From the NCBI GenBank assembly GCA_950097015.1, contig CATNEN010000030.1, positions 2,914,001 through 2,978,000 on the forward strand: 64,000 nt of DNA, read 5' to 3'. Shown here one piece after another: positions 1-14,400 of the stretch. The first letter of the stretch is position 1; each line of letters starts with the position of its first letter. A program made the position numbers and the translations under genes. The notes beneath the pieces are model-generated. The model ran no database searches, was not told the DNA's origin, and worked only from the letters and a program-made list of their open reading frames with translations. The stretch comes from Macrostomum hystrix (lineage: Eukaryota > Animalia > Platyhelminthes).

Positions 1-1418
<1,418 letters not shown>

Positions 1419-2424
1419 GCTGGAGTCTGTCGCTGGACTCTTCTATGGACTGTCTGGACTACACAGAGTTGCTGTGCTGTTTGCCCCGCCCTTTGGACGT
1501 TGACTTCGGATTTTTTGGAGGCTGACAGATATTGATTAGACTCCAAGGTACAAATGGAGGTCACACCGAGTGTTTCGCTTTATTTTTTCCCCGAATATTA
1601 ACCCGCCCTAATCGCCACTAGTTTTTTTAGTTTCACGTGCAAAAGCAGCCTACTCATTTATTTGTTTACCTGTTTGTTAACTGTGAGTGAATTTAGACTT
1701 TTTCTAGTTTAGTAGGATTTTTACATTATTTTTTCATCGTACTACTTACTATCTTAGACATTAGAGTAGCATAGTTTCATTTTGTTTGATCAGATTAGAA
1801 ATAAAAGTGTATCCCATTTAAAAGAATTCATTATAGTCAGAATATATCTCATTGTGTCGCTGCTGTTGCAAAAGCAGAGACAAAAATTCTGGGGATTTAG
1901 CAGCGTCCCCAGTGAAGCGCAGCGCCGTCTATTTATTTTATTAGCAATCTGTTGCTTGTTTGCTATAGAAATTTTTCTCTAGTTCCCGAAAGCAAGCTCG
2001 CGCGCCCAGTCATATTTTTGCTATTTTCATTGGCATATTTTTTCTGTTGTATTTTTCAGTATTGTTCATCAGCCGCTTCGCCCCCCGCCCCAGTATTTTT
2101 AATATTTTTGAGCCTAGCAAATCAGATTTCCTATAGATCATTTTGTAGACTTCAGTGACAAAATCAATAGCGAAATATTGTTTACCTTGCACTTTAAATG
2201 CCGCATATTTAGCCCCAAAGTCACTTAAAGGTTTAAGCAGACTTTAATGTTCTCTAGCTTCATTTCATTCGGCTTTTGCATAGCTCTCAATAAAAGCATA
2301 CATAAGGCATTCTAGCTTAGCTCTACAATTAGCTCATCCTTCCAATAGATTTCTGAATCCCAACCTGCTGCTTAATTAAATCATCTGTCTTTGTTTCTTT
2401 GTTCTTTGGTAGATTTTCAATTGC

Positions 2425-5400
2425 TAATCTGATCCCAGTCATAAATGAATTTTGTGGATTGCTAGTCTGATCCCAGTCATGAATGAATTTTGTGGATTGC
2501 TAGTCTGATCCCAGTGATGAATGAATTTTGTGGATTGCTAGTCTGATCCCAGTGATGAATGAATTTTGTGGATTGCTAATCTGATCCCAGTGATGAATGA
2601 ATTTTGTGGATTGCTAGTCTGATCCCAGTCATGAATGAATTTTGTGGATTGCTAGTCTGATCCCAGTCATGAATGAATGTTGTGGATTGCTAGTCTGATC
2701 CCAGTCATAAATGAATTTTGTGGATTGCTAGTCTGATCCCAGTCATGAATGAATTTTGTGGATTGCTAGTCTGATCCCAGTGATGAATGAAAATTGTGGA
2801 TTGCTAGTCTGATCCCAGTCATGAATGAATTTTGTGGATTGCTAGTCTGATCCCAGTGATGAATGAAAATTGTGGATTGCTAGTCTGATCCCAGTCATGA
2901 ATGAATGTTGTGGATTGCTAGTCTGATCCCAGTGATGAATGAAAATTGTGGATTGCTAGTCTGATCCCAGTGATGAATGAAAATTGTGGATTGCTAGTCT
3001 GATCCCAGTGATGAATGAAAATTGTGGATTGCTAGTGTGATCCCAGTGATGAATGAAAGTTGTGGATTGCTAGTCTGATCCCAGTCATGAATGAATGTTG
3101 TGGATTGCTAGTCTGATCCCAGTGATGAATGAAAATTGTGGATTGCTAGTCTGATCCCAGTGATGAATGAAAATTGTGGATTGCTAGTCTGATCCCAGTG
3201 ATGAATGAAAGTTGTGGATTGCTAGTCTGATCCCAGTGATGAATGAAAGTTGTGGATTGCTAGTCTGATCCCAGTGATGAATGAAAATTGTGGATTGCTA
3301 GTCTGATCCCAGTGATGAATGAATATTGTGGATTGCTAGTGTGATCCCAGTGATGAATGAAAGTTGTGGATTGCTAGTCTGATCCCAGTGATGAATGAAA
3401 ATTGTGGATTGCTAGTCTGATCCCAGTGATGAATGAAAATTGTGGATTGCTAGTCTGATCCCAGTGATGAATGAAAATTGTGGATTGCTAGTCTGATCCC
3501 AGTGATGAATGAAAGTTGTGGATTGCTAGTGTGATCCCAGTGATGAATGAAAATTGTGGATTGCTAGTGTGATCCCAGTGATGAATGAAAGTTGTGGATT
3601 GCTAGTCTGATCCCAGTGATGAATGAAAATTGTGGATTGCTAGTCTGATCCCAGTGATGAATGAAAGTTGTGGATTGCTAGTCTGATCCCAGTGATGAAT
3701 GAAAATTGTGGATTGCTAGTCTGATCCCAGTGATGAATGAAAATTGTGGATTGCTAGTGTGATCCCAGTGATGAATGAAAGTTGTGGATTGCTAGTCTGA
3801 TCCCAGTGATGAATGAAAATTGTGGATTGCTAGTCTGATCCCAGTGATGAATGAAAATTGTGGATTGCTAGTCTGATCCCAGTGATGAATGAAAGTTGTG
3901 GATTGCTATTCTGATCCCAGTGATGAATGAAAGTTGTGGATTGCTAGTCTGATCCCAGTGATGAATGAAAATTGTGGATTGCTAGTCTGATCCCAGTGAT
4001 GAATGAAAATTGTGGATTGCTAGTCTGATCCCAGTGATGAATGAAAATTGTGGATTGCTATTCTGATCCCAGTGATGAATGAAAGTTGTGGATTGCTAGT
4101 CTGATCCCAGTGATGAATGAAAGTTGTGGATTGCTAGTGTGATCCCAGTGATGAATGAAAGTTGTGGATTGCTATTCTGATCCCAGTGATGAATGAAAAT
4201 TGTGGATTGCTAGTGTGATCCCAGTGATGAATGAAAGTTGTGGATTGCTAGTCTGATCCCAGTGATGAATGAAAGTTGTGGATTGCTAGTCTGATCCCAG
4301 TGATGAATGAATATTGTGGATTGCTAGTGTGATCCCAGTGATGAATGAAAGTTGTGGATTGCTAGTCTGATCCCAGTGATGAATGAAAGTTGTGGATTGC
4401 TAGTCTGATCCCAGTGATGAATGAAAGTTGTGGATTGCTAGTCTGATCCCAGTGATGAATGAATATTGTGGATTGCTAGTGTGATCCCAGTGATGAATGA
4501 AAGTTGTGGATTGCTAGTCTGATCCCAGTGATGAATGAAAATTGTGGATTGCTAGTGTGATCCCAGTGATGAATGAAAGTTGTGGATTGCTATTCTGATC
4601 CCAGTGATGAATGAAAATTGTGGATTGCTAGTGTGATCCCAGTGATGAATGAAAATTGTGGATTGCTAGTGTGATCCCAGTGATGAATGAAAGCTGTGGA
4701 TTGCTAGTCTGATCCCAGTGATGAATGAAAATTGTGGATTGCTAGTCTGATCCCAGTGATGAATGAAAGTTGTGGATTGCTAGTCTGATCCCAGTGATGA
4801 ATGAAAATTGTGGATTGCTAGTGTGATCCCAGTGATGAATGAAAGTTGTGGATTGCTAGTCTGATCCCAGTGATGAATGAAAGTTGTGGATTGCTAGTCT
4901 GATCCCAGTGATGAATGAAAGTTGTGGATTGCTAGTCTGATCCCAGTGATGAATGAAAATTGTGGATTGCTAGTCTGATCCAGTGATGAATGAATATTGT
5001 GGATTGCTAGTGTGATCCCAGTGATGAATGAAAGTTGTGGATTGCTAGTCTGATCCCAGTGATGAATGAAAATTGTGGATTGCTAGTCTGATCCCAGTGA
5101 TGAATGAAAATTGTGGATTGCTAGTCTGATCCCAGTGATGAATGAAAATTGTGGATTGCTAGTGTGATCCCAGTGATGAATGAAAGTTGTGGATTGCTAG
5201 TCTGATCCCAGTGATGAATGAAAATTGTGGATTGCTAGTCTGATCCCAGTGATGAATGAAAGTTGTGGATTGCTAGTCTGATCCCAGTGATGAATGAAAA
5301 TTGTGGATTGCTAGTCTGATCCCAGTGATGAATGAAAATTGTGGATTGCTAGTGTGATCCCAGTGATGAATGAAAGTTGTGGATTGCTAGTCTGATCCCA

Positions 5401-8400
5401 GTGATGAATGAAAATTGTGGATTGCTAGTCTGATCCCAGTGATGAATGAAAATTGTGGATTGCTAGTCTGATCCCAGTGATGAATGAAAGTTGTGGATTG
5501 CTATTCTGATCCCAGTGATGAATGAAAGTTGTGGATTGCTAGTCTGATCCCAGTGATGAATGAAAATTGTGGATTGCTAGTCTGATCCCAGTGATGAATG
5601 AAAATTGTGGATTGCTAGTCTGATCCCAGTGATGAATGAAAATTGTGGATTGCTATTCTGATCCCAGTGATGAATGAATATTGTGGATTGCTAGTCTGAT
5701 CCCAGTGATGAATGAAAGTTGTGGATTGCTATTCTGATCCCAGTGATGAATGAAAGTTGTGGATTGCTAGTCTGATCCCAGTGATGAATGAAAATTGTGG
5801 ATTGCTAGTCTGATCCCAGTGATGAATGAAAATTGTGGATTGCTATTCTGATCCCAGTGATGAATGAAAGTTGTGGATTGCTAGTCTGATCCCAGTGATG
5901 AATGAAAGTTGTGGATTGCTAGTCTGATCCCAGTGATGAATGAAAGTTGTGGATTGCTATTCTGATCCCAGTGATGAATGAAAATTGTGGATTGCTAGTG
6001 TGATCCCAGTGATGAATGAAAGTTGTGGATTGCTAGTCTGATCCCAGTGATGAATGAAAGTTGTGGATTGCTAGTCTGATCCCAGTGATGAATGAAAATT
6101 GTGGATTGCTAGTCTGATCCCAGTGATGAATGAAAGTTGTGGATTGCTATTCTGATCCCAGTGATGAATGAAAGTTGTGGATTGCTAGTCTGATCCCAGT
6201 GATGAATGAAAATTGTGGATTGCTAGTCTGATCCCAGTGATGAATGAAAATTGTGGATTGCTAGTCTGATCCCAGTGATGAATGAAAGTTGTGGATTGCT
6301 ATTCTGATCCCAGTGATGAATGAAAGTTGTGGATTGCTAGTCTGATCCCAGTGATGAATGAAAATTGTGGATTGCTAGTGTGATCCCAGTGATGAATGAA
6401 AGTTGTGGATTGCTAGTCTGATCCCAGTGATGAATGAAAGTTGTGGATTGCTAGTGTGATCCAGTGATGAATGAAAGTTGTGGATTGCTATTCTGATCCC
6501 AGTGATGAATGAAAGTTGTGGATTGCTAGTCTGATCCCAGTGATGAATGAATATTGTGGATTGCTAGTGTGATCCCAGTGATGAATGAAAGTTGTGGATT
6601 GCTAGTCTGATCCCAGTGATGAATGAAAATTGTGGATTGCTAGTGTGATCCCAGTGATGAATGAAAGTTGTGGATTGCTATTCTGATCCCAGTGATGAAT
6701 GAAAATTGTGGATTGCTAGTGTGATCCCAGTGATGAATGAAAGTTGTGGATTGCTAGTCTGATCCCAGTGATGAATGAAAATTGTGGATTGCTAGTGTGA
6801 TCCCAGTGATGAATGAAAATTGTGGATTGCTAGTGTGATCCCAGTGATGAATGAAAATTGTGGATTGCTAGTCTGATCCCAGTGATGAATGAAAATTGTG
6901 GATTGCTAGTGTGATCCCAGTGATGAATGAAAGTTGTGGATTGCTATTCTGATCCCAGTGATGAATGAAAGTTGTGGATTGCTAGTCTGATCCCAGTGAT
7001 GAATGAATATTGTGGATTGCTAGTGTGATCCCAGTGATGAATGAAAGTTGTGGATTGCTAGTCTGATCCCAGTGATGAATGAAAATTGTGGATTGCTAGT
7101 GTGATCCCAGTGATGAATGAAAGTTGTGGATTGCTATTCTGATCCCAGTGATGAATGAAAATTGTGGATTGCTAGTGTGATCCCAGTGATGAATGAAAGT
7201 TGTGGATTGCTAGTCTGATCCCAGTGATGAATGAAAATTGTGGATTGCTAGTCTGATCCCAGTGATGAATGAAAATTGTGGATTGCTAGTCTGATCCCAG
7301 TGATGAATGAAAGTTGTGGATTGCTAGTCTGATCCCAGTGATGAATGAAAATTGTGGATTGCTAGTGTGATCCCAGTGATGAATGAAAGTTGTGGATTGC
7401 TAGTCTGATCCCAGTGATGAATGAAAGTTGTGGATTGCTAGTCTGATCCCAGTGATGAATGAATATTGTGGATTGCTAGTCTGATCCCAGTGATGAATGA
7501 ACGTTGTGGATTGCTAGTCTGATCCCAGTGATGAATGAAAATTGTGGATTGCTAGTCTGATCCCAGTGATGAATGAAAGTTGTGGATTGCTAGTCTGATC
7601 CCAGTGATGAATGAAAGTTGTGGATTGCTAGTCTGATCCCAGTGATGAATGAAAGTTGTGGATTGCTAGTGTGATCCCAGTGATGAATGAAAATTGTGGA
7701 TTGCTAGTGTGATCCCAGTGATGAATGAAAGTTGTGGATTGCTAGTCTGATCCCAGTGATGAATGAAAGTTGTGGATTGCTAGTCTGATCCCAGTGATGA
7801 ATGAATATTGTGGATTGCTAGTCTGATCCCAGTGATGAATGAACGTTGTGGATTGCTAGTCTGATCCCAGTGATGAATGAAAATTGTGGATTGCTAGTCT
7901 GATCCCAGTGATGAATGAAAGTTGTGGATTGCTATTCTGATCCCAGTGATGAATGAATATTGTGGATTGCTAGTCTGATCCCAGTGATGAATGAAAGTTG
8001 TGGATTGCTAGTCTGATCCCAGTGATGAATGAAAATTGTGGATTGCTAGTGTGATCCCAGTGATGAATGAAAATTGTGGATTGCTAGTGTGATCCCAGTG
8101 ATGAATGAAAGTTGTGGATTGCTAATCTGATCCCAGTGATGAATGAAAATTGTGGATTGCTAGTCTGATCCCAGTGATGAATGAAAGTTGTGGATTGCTA
8201 TTCTGATCCCAGTGATGAATGAAAATTGTGGATTGCTAGTCTGATCCCAGTGATGAATGAATATTGTGGATTGCTAGTCTGATCCCAGTGATGAATGAAT
8301 ATTGTGGATTGCTAGTCTGATCCCAGTGATGAATGAATATTGTGGATTGCTAGTCTGATCCCAGTGATGAATGAAAGTTGTGGATTGCTAGTCTGATCCC

Positions 8401-8785
8401 AGTGATGAATGAAAATTGTGGATTGCTAGTGTGATCCCAGTGATGAATGAAAATTGTGGATTGCTAGTGTGATCCCAGTGATGAATGAAAGTTGTGGATT
8501 GCTAATCTGATCCCAGTGATGAATGAAAATTGTGGATTGCTAGTCTGATCCCAGTGATGAATGAATATTGTGGATTGCTAGTCTGATCCCAGTGATGAAT
8601 GAATATTGTGGATTGCTAGTCTGATCCCAGTGATGAATGAATGTTGTGGATTGCTAGTCTGATCCCAGTGATGAATGAAAGTTGTGGATTGCTAGTCTGA
8701 TCCCAGTGATGAATGAATGTTGTGGATTGCTAGTCTGATCCCAGTGATGAATGAACGTTGTGGATTGCTAGTCTGATCCGAGTGA
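2425..8785. repeat. 38-bp satellite/minisatellite (TTGCTAGTCTGATCCCAGTGATGAATGAAAATTGTGGA), about 165-170 copies, 6.4 kb
   Basis: Direct reading; highly homogeneous units with a few variant positions; no ORFs in the track. Confidence 0.97.
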
Positions 8786-9159
8786 TAATTGAAAACTGTT
8801 GATTACATTGTGGCCTGCAGGAGTTATCTGTGGCTATTTAGGCAGGCACGGCTAATCGGTACTCTGCTGGCAATGCTAAGCGTGCGGCAGGTCGGGCGCG
8901 TCTATTTTTAGCTGCTGGACTCCAGCCGTGTGTTTATGCCACCTCCCCCTCCGATATTCGCTGTGCTAAGCGGATTTCACATGGGCATTCTCCGCTGTGC
9001 TTTGGTCTTTACAAAATACCTTTGCAGGCCAGCCGGCCGTAGACTATAATTAGTCTGTTTAGAACAATGATTAAAATTATAAGTCTATAACAACTTTTTC
9101 GCTAGTTTTATCGCACCACTGACAGGTAGGTCCTTCAAATAGTGGATAATTAGTTTCAC

Positions 9160-10258
9160 AGCTGCTGTCACTGTATCACATCTGCTGCTGTCACCGTATC
9201 ACATCTGCTGCAGTCACTGTATCACATCTGCTGCAGTTACTATAACACATCTGCTGCAGTCACTGTATCACATCTGCTGCAGTTACTATAACACATCTGC
9301 TGCAGTCACTGCATCACATCTGCTGCAGTTACTATAACACATCTGCTGCAGTTACTATAACACCTCTGCTGCAGTTACTATAACACATCTGCTGCAGTTA
9401 CTATAACACATCTGCTGCAGTTACTATAACACATCTGCTGCAGTTACTATAACACATCTGCTGCAGTTACTATAACACATCTGCTGCAGTTACTATAACA
9501 CATCTGCTGCAGTTACTGGATCACATCTGCTGCAGTTACTATAACACATCTGCTGCAGTTACTATAACACATCTGCTGCAGTTACTGGATCACATCTGCT
9601 GCAGTTACTATAACACATCTGCTGCAGTTACTATAACACATCTGCTGCAGTTACTATAACACATCTGCTGCAGTTACTATAACACATCTGCTGCAGTCAC
9701 TGCATCACATCTGCTGCAGTTACTATAACACATCTGCTGCAGTCACGGCATCACATCTGCTGCAGTTACTATAACACATCTGCTGCAGTTACTGGATCAC
9801 ATCTGCTGCAGTTACTATAACACATCTGCTGCAGTTACTATCACATCTGCTGCAGTTACTGTATCACATCTGCTGCAGTTACTATAACACATCTGCTGCA
9901 GTCACTGCATCACATCTGCTGCAGTTACTATAACACATCTGCTGCAGTCACTGCATCACATCTGCTGCAGTTACTATAACACCTCTGCTGCAGTTACTGG
10001 ATCACATCTGCTGCAGTTACTATAACACATCTGCTGCAGTCACTGCATCACATCTGCTGCAGTTACTATAACACATCTGCTGCAGTCACTGCATCACATC
10101 TGCTGCAGTTACTATAACACATCTGCTGCAGTTACTGGATCACATCTGCTGCAGTTACTATAACACATCTGCTGCAGTTACTGGATCACATCTGCTGCAG
10201 TTACTATAACACATCTGCTGCAGTTACTATAACACATCTGCTGCAGTTACTGTATCAC
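9160..10258. repeat. 23-bp minisatellite (ATCTGCTGCAGTTACTATAACAC), about 48 copies
   Basis: Direct reading of tandem units. Confidence 0.95.
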
Positions 10259-11493
10259 TATGACTATCAAATTTTAAATTAAAAAAAACTGTAACAAAGT
10301 TAAAGAATAATGAGTTTGTGCTGAGAGGTGGCACAAATTACTGTTGGTTGGCCCTCTAATCAGGGCGTGAACATGATTTATTAGAAGCATGTCAACACTG
10401 GGATCAGCAAGGCGGATAAAGTTGTTTTAAACAGTATTAAACATATGTTTCCTTGCTCTGACAAGCAGATGACGAGTGAATGGATTAACAGTAAGCAAAA
10501 CAAAAACTTTAAAAAATTAGTTTCAATCCAAGCTGCCGAAGAGGTGGATGAACAGTGGATGAGTAATAGTGCTCTGACTCCTTGTACAGGGTGGGGTGGT
10601 TGAGCACACCATTAATGGGCCAATATTGTGCAACATTAGGCTTACACAGACTGGATTAAACTGGATTGGACAGCGCAACGAGCGCAAACGGAACCAGAAA
10701 ATACCTTCGCAGAAACTAGAATGTAACGACAATATATTCATAATATCTGTTTATAAGAAAATAACAGTAAAACTAGGCATAGGCACATTTGGTTGGGCAC
10801 AATCATAATTAGTTATAAATAATTTACAGATTCGCATTTTTTAAATCGATCTTTTATTTTAGCACTTCGGCAGTAGATGGCGAGTGAGTTACTAGAAAAT
10901 TGTCTAAACTAATTACTTTACTGATTTGTTAATAGGGCATTAGTAGCTTAGTATCAGTGCTACTGTCAAGAGATGTTTAATAGATAAAATGAAGTTATGC
11001 ATTTTTACAACACGGAATTTAATCATTTCATATGTCTGAAGGCGCCGCAAATTATGTTAAATCGATAGTGCATGACACTTATAACAAAGGAAGTTCCCGA
11101 CTTGACATCTAGTAGTTTCTAGAGTTATAGATTTTTTGTGCAATTTACAGGCATTACCGGAATTTTACCTGAATAATTTTAAGTAGAGAATATTGTGAGG
11201 ATTTCCAAAAATAATGGGGATTCGGCTAGGATTGTGAATTTCACGAGGATTTGGAATAGTTTAGAAATATTCACACAAAGTGTAGTCAAGTAACAAAGCA
11301 GTATGGTATAATAGGCGGCCGCAGTCATAATTTTATAAACAACAAACGCTGTAAATAAATTACACTTCGATGTCTCAATAAGGAGTTTTCCAATGAGCAC
11401 AGGCCGAGTGCGTCAATTCGGGCGAATGAGGATAGAAAAATACTCTCGTTTCTATATATAGAAAATCACGGCTCAACACTAGGTTTCGTCGAG

Positions 11494-14400
11494 TCACTTC
11501 TTTTTGCCAGCCGAATCCGACTGCGAAGGCGCCTGCAGCCGCTGCTGCTGACTATCCGACTCGTCCTGATCCGAGTCGTCCAAATCGATCGATCTAGACG
11601 CCGCCACAGCCGCCGCGACAGCTGCCGCTGTGACGACTGCCACGGCGGATGTCGCTGCCGTTGTCGGGGTGGCTGACACGGTCTCCGACGCAGCCGCGAT
11701 CACCTCGCCGGTGTCCTGGTCGACAATGTCGCTCAGGTTGACACGACCGGCTTCGACAGCTTGGTAGGCGGCCTCGGACAGTTTGCCGGCCGTCACCAGG
11801 ACCTTGGCGTGCTGCTTGGACCGGAAGTGCTTGGCCAGGTGGCCGGGCACGCGGAAATTGCGCGGACAGATAAGGCAGGCGAACGGCCGCGGGTTGTCGC
11901 TGATATCGCCGATGCCCGAAGCTGCGGTGTTGGCAACAGACGCGGTGGCCACCTCGGCCGCCAGGGCGCCGGCGTCGCTGGCAAACTGGTGCGTCTTCAA
12001 GTGCAGCGACAGCTGGCTGGGCTGGTCGAAGGAGCGCTTGCACTCCGGACATTGCGGTCGGCCACCAGATGACACGGCAGCGGAGCCGGCTACTGTAGCT
12101 GCTGCCGTTGCAGCTGCGGTTGCAGCGGCGGCGGCTGCGGCGGCTGCGGAATCTCCGGTGACGCTACTGACGACGGCGACAGACGGCGCGGCCGCCGGGC
12201 AGCTGCTGGCGTGGGCTGGGCGGTCATTTTCCAGGCTGGCCATTGGGCACCGGTCCTCGTCATCATCATCCTCGCCTGCTTCGTTTGCCTTGTTGACCTT
12301 GGATTCATCGGCGGCGGCGGCAGTGGCGACGTCGGCGCCGGCAAAGGTCGCTCCGTCGCCGGCTGGTGAAGCTCGGCGAGCGCCGTCAGCAGCGGCCGCT
12401 CCTCCGTTGGCGGCGGCGTCTTCAAAGCGAATCTTCTTCAACCGATCCGGCATGGCTGAGCCAGCGACAGCGGCCCCGGATTTGTCGGCCGGCTGCAGCT
12501 GCGTCTTGCCTGAGGTTTGGGAAAATTGGATTCAGATGTTCACTGTTAATCATGCCAATTCATTTTAATGATAATTTTGCTGATAATTAACATTTACATC
12601 CTTTAAGATATTAAGGCCTACTTTGATACCTGATTCCCCAGCCGATATCCCTAATCCCACAGTTAATGTCCCTAATCGCACTAACGATATCACTATTAGC
12701 ACCGTCCATCGGACATTTAGCTAACTTACTAACTACTCACCGGAGCTCAGATTGAGAGGCCGCTCCTGCACCATGAGGGACACATTGACATTGGGCGGAA
12801 CAAGGCCGGGCTTGTCAGCCTCAGTAGTTACACTAGTAACTGCGGTGGAGTCCATCAGCTTCTTCACATCCTGGGCAGACTTGTTAATATGCGACAGCAG
12901 CGCGGATGTCGGACTGCCGGGATTGCCAGACGATGATGACTTCTCTTCTTGCCGACGTCGCTCGGCCGCGGTGATCTGGTTGAGGTTCTGCTGCACCTTG
13001 TCCTTTAGAGACCTTTTGTAGGCCGACACAATATGCTTAGCAGAGGTCTCCACGCTGTCGTCCGTTGCTGTGGCAGCGCTGGCTGCGGTCGCAGCGGCGC
13101 CAACATCGTCCTCTTCGCCGGAGTCGTCGGGAACGCACTCGTCATCGTCCAGGTCCTCCTCGTTGAGCTGGCCTTCTTTAATAAGCTTCTGCTGCTCCCT
13201 CAGGGCCTCCAGATCGACTTGGCTGTTCTCCTCGATCTCCGTGGGAACCGAGTCCTTGCTCATACCCAGGCTGAGGCAGCGGACCTGACAGTGACCAGCA
13301 ACGCAATCAAATATTGGGACCTTGAAAACTTTGAAAACATTCAGATAAGAACTCTGGATCGGCTTTGTAGCTTCCCAACGCATAATAAGATCTTTGTATC
13401 CAAAGCATAATAAGATCTTTGTACCCAAAGCATAATAAGATCTTTGTACCCAAAGCATAATAAGATCTTTGTACCCAAAGCATAATAAGATCTTTGTATC
13501 CAAAGCATAATAAGATCTTTGTATCCAAAGCATAATAAGATCTTTGTACCCAAAGCATAATAAGATCTTTGTACCCAAAGCATAATAAGATCTTTGTACC
13601 CATCGCATATTTAGATCTTTGTACTCGTACCAAAGATACACGCACACACTAACGTCGAACCAAATTTGGCAGAAATTCGAAACCAACATTCCGGCCTCGT
13701 CAACCTTCTGATCTTTCTGAACTAACAGTGCGGCAAATAGTAGATAAGCAAGGCAAACAAACTGGATTTTTGATGAAATGAAATTCAATAAGATTTTATG
13801 ACACGCTTGCAGTCCAGTGTTGGGACCGCTGCTAGCCAATATCCTCGTGTGAACGGAGATTTTATCACCTATCTCACTTATTCTGGCGCCTGTCTGCTCA
13901 TTCAGGTGTAGGTGGCACAGTTTTAATAACAGTAAATGTTTGCGTTTGCTTTTAAAGCGCAGAGACAGACCCTTTTATGGTCAAAGAAGTGCAGACTTTC
14001 GGTTTAAGTCCAAGTTCGCGAGGTACTTTGAACTTAGCCAAAAAACAATCAAATAAATAAGTTTTCAGCTCACCATGTGCTGCTTGGATTTCATGTGCTT
14101 GGTTAGGTTGCCCTTAGTCTTGAAGGAGAACTTGCAGTGGCGGCACAGGAAGGGCCTGATCTCCGCGTGGGTCCTAATGTGCTTGCGCAGCATGCTGGGC
14201 TTGGTGCAGCGGATGCCGCAGATCTCGCACTTGTACTTGCCCCGGCCGCGTCCTCTAACGTACTCTTCGCCATCGTTAGGTGACAAAAGGCCGCCTTTGA
14301 AAATTCGAACCTCGGCGTGAGCCTTTGGCAGCGTACTGGCTGATGCTGCGGCGATAGTGCCGGCGTTGGAAGATGCCGGCAGAGTCGCGATCAGATTGTG

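Noticed and set aside
2425-8785. CRISPR-like appearance of the 38-bp array (also the 59-bp array)
   Set aside because: Units are head-to-tail with no unique spacers, there are no cas genes, and the context is eukaryotic.
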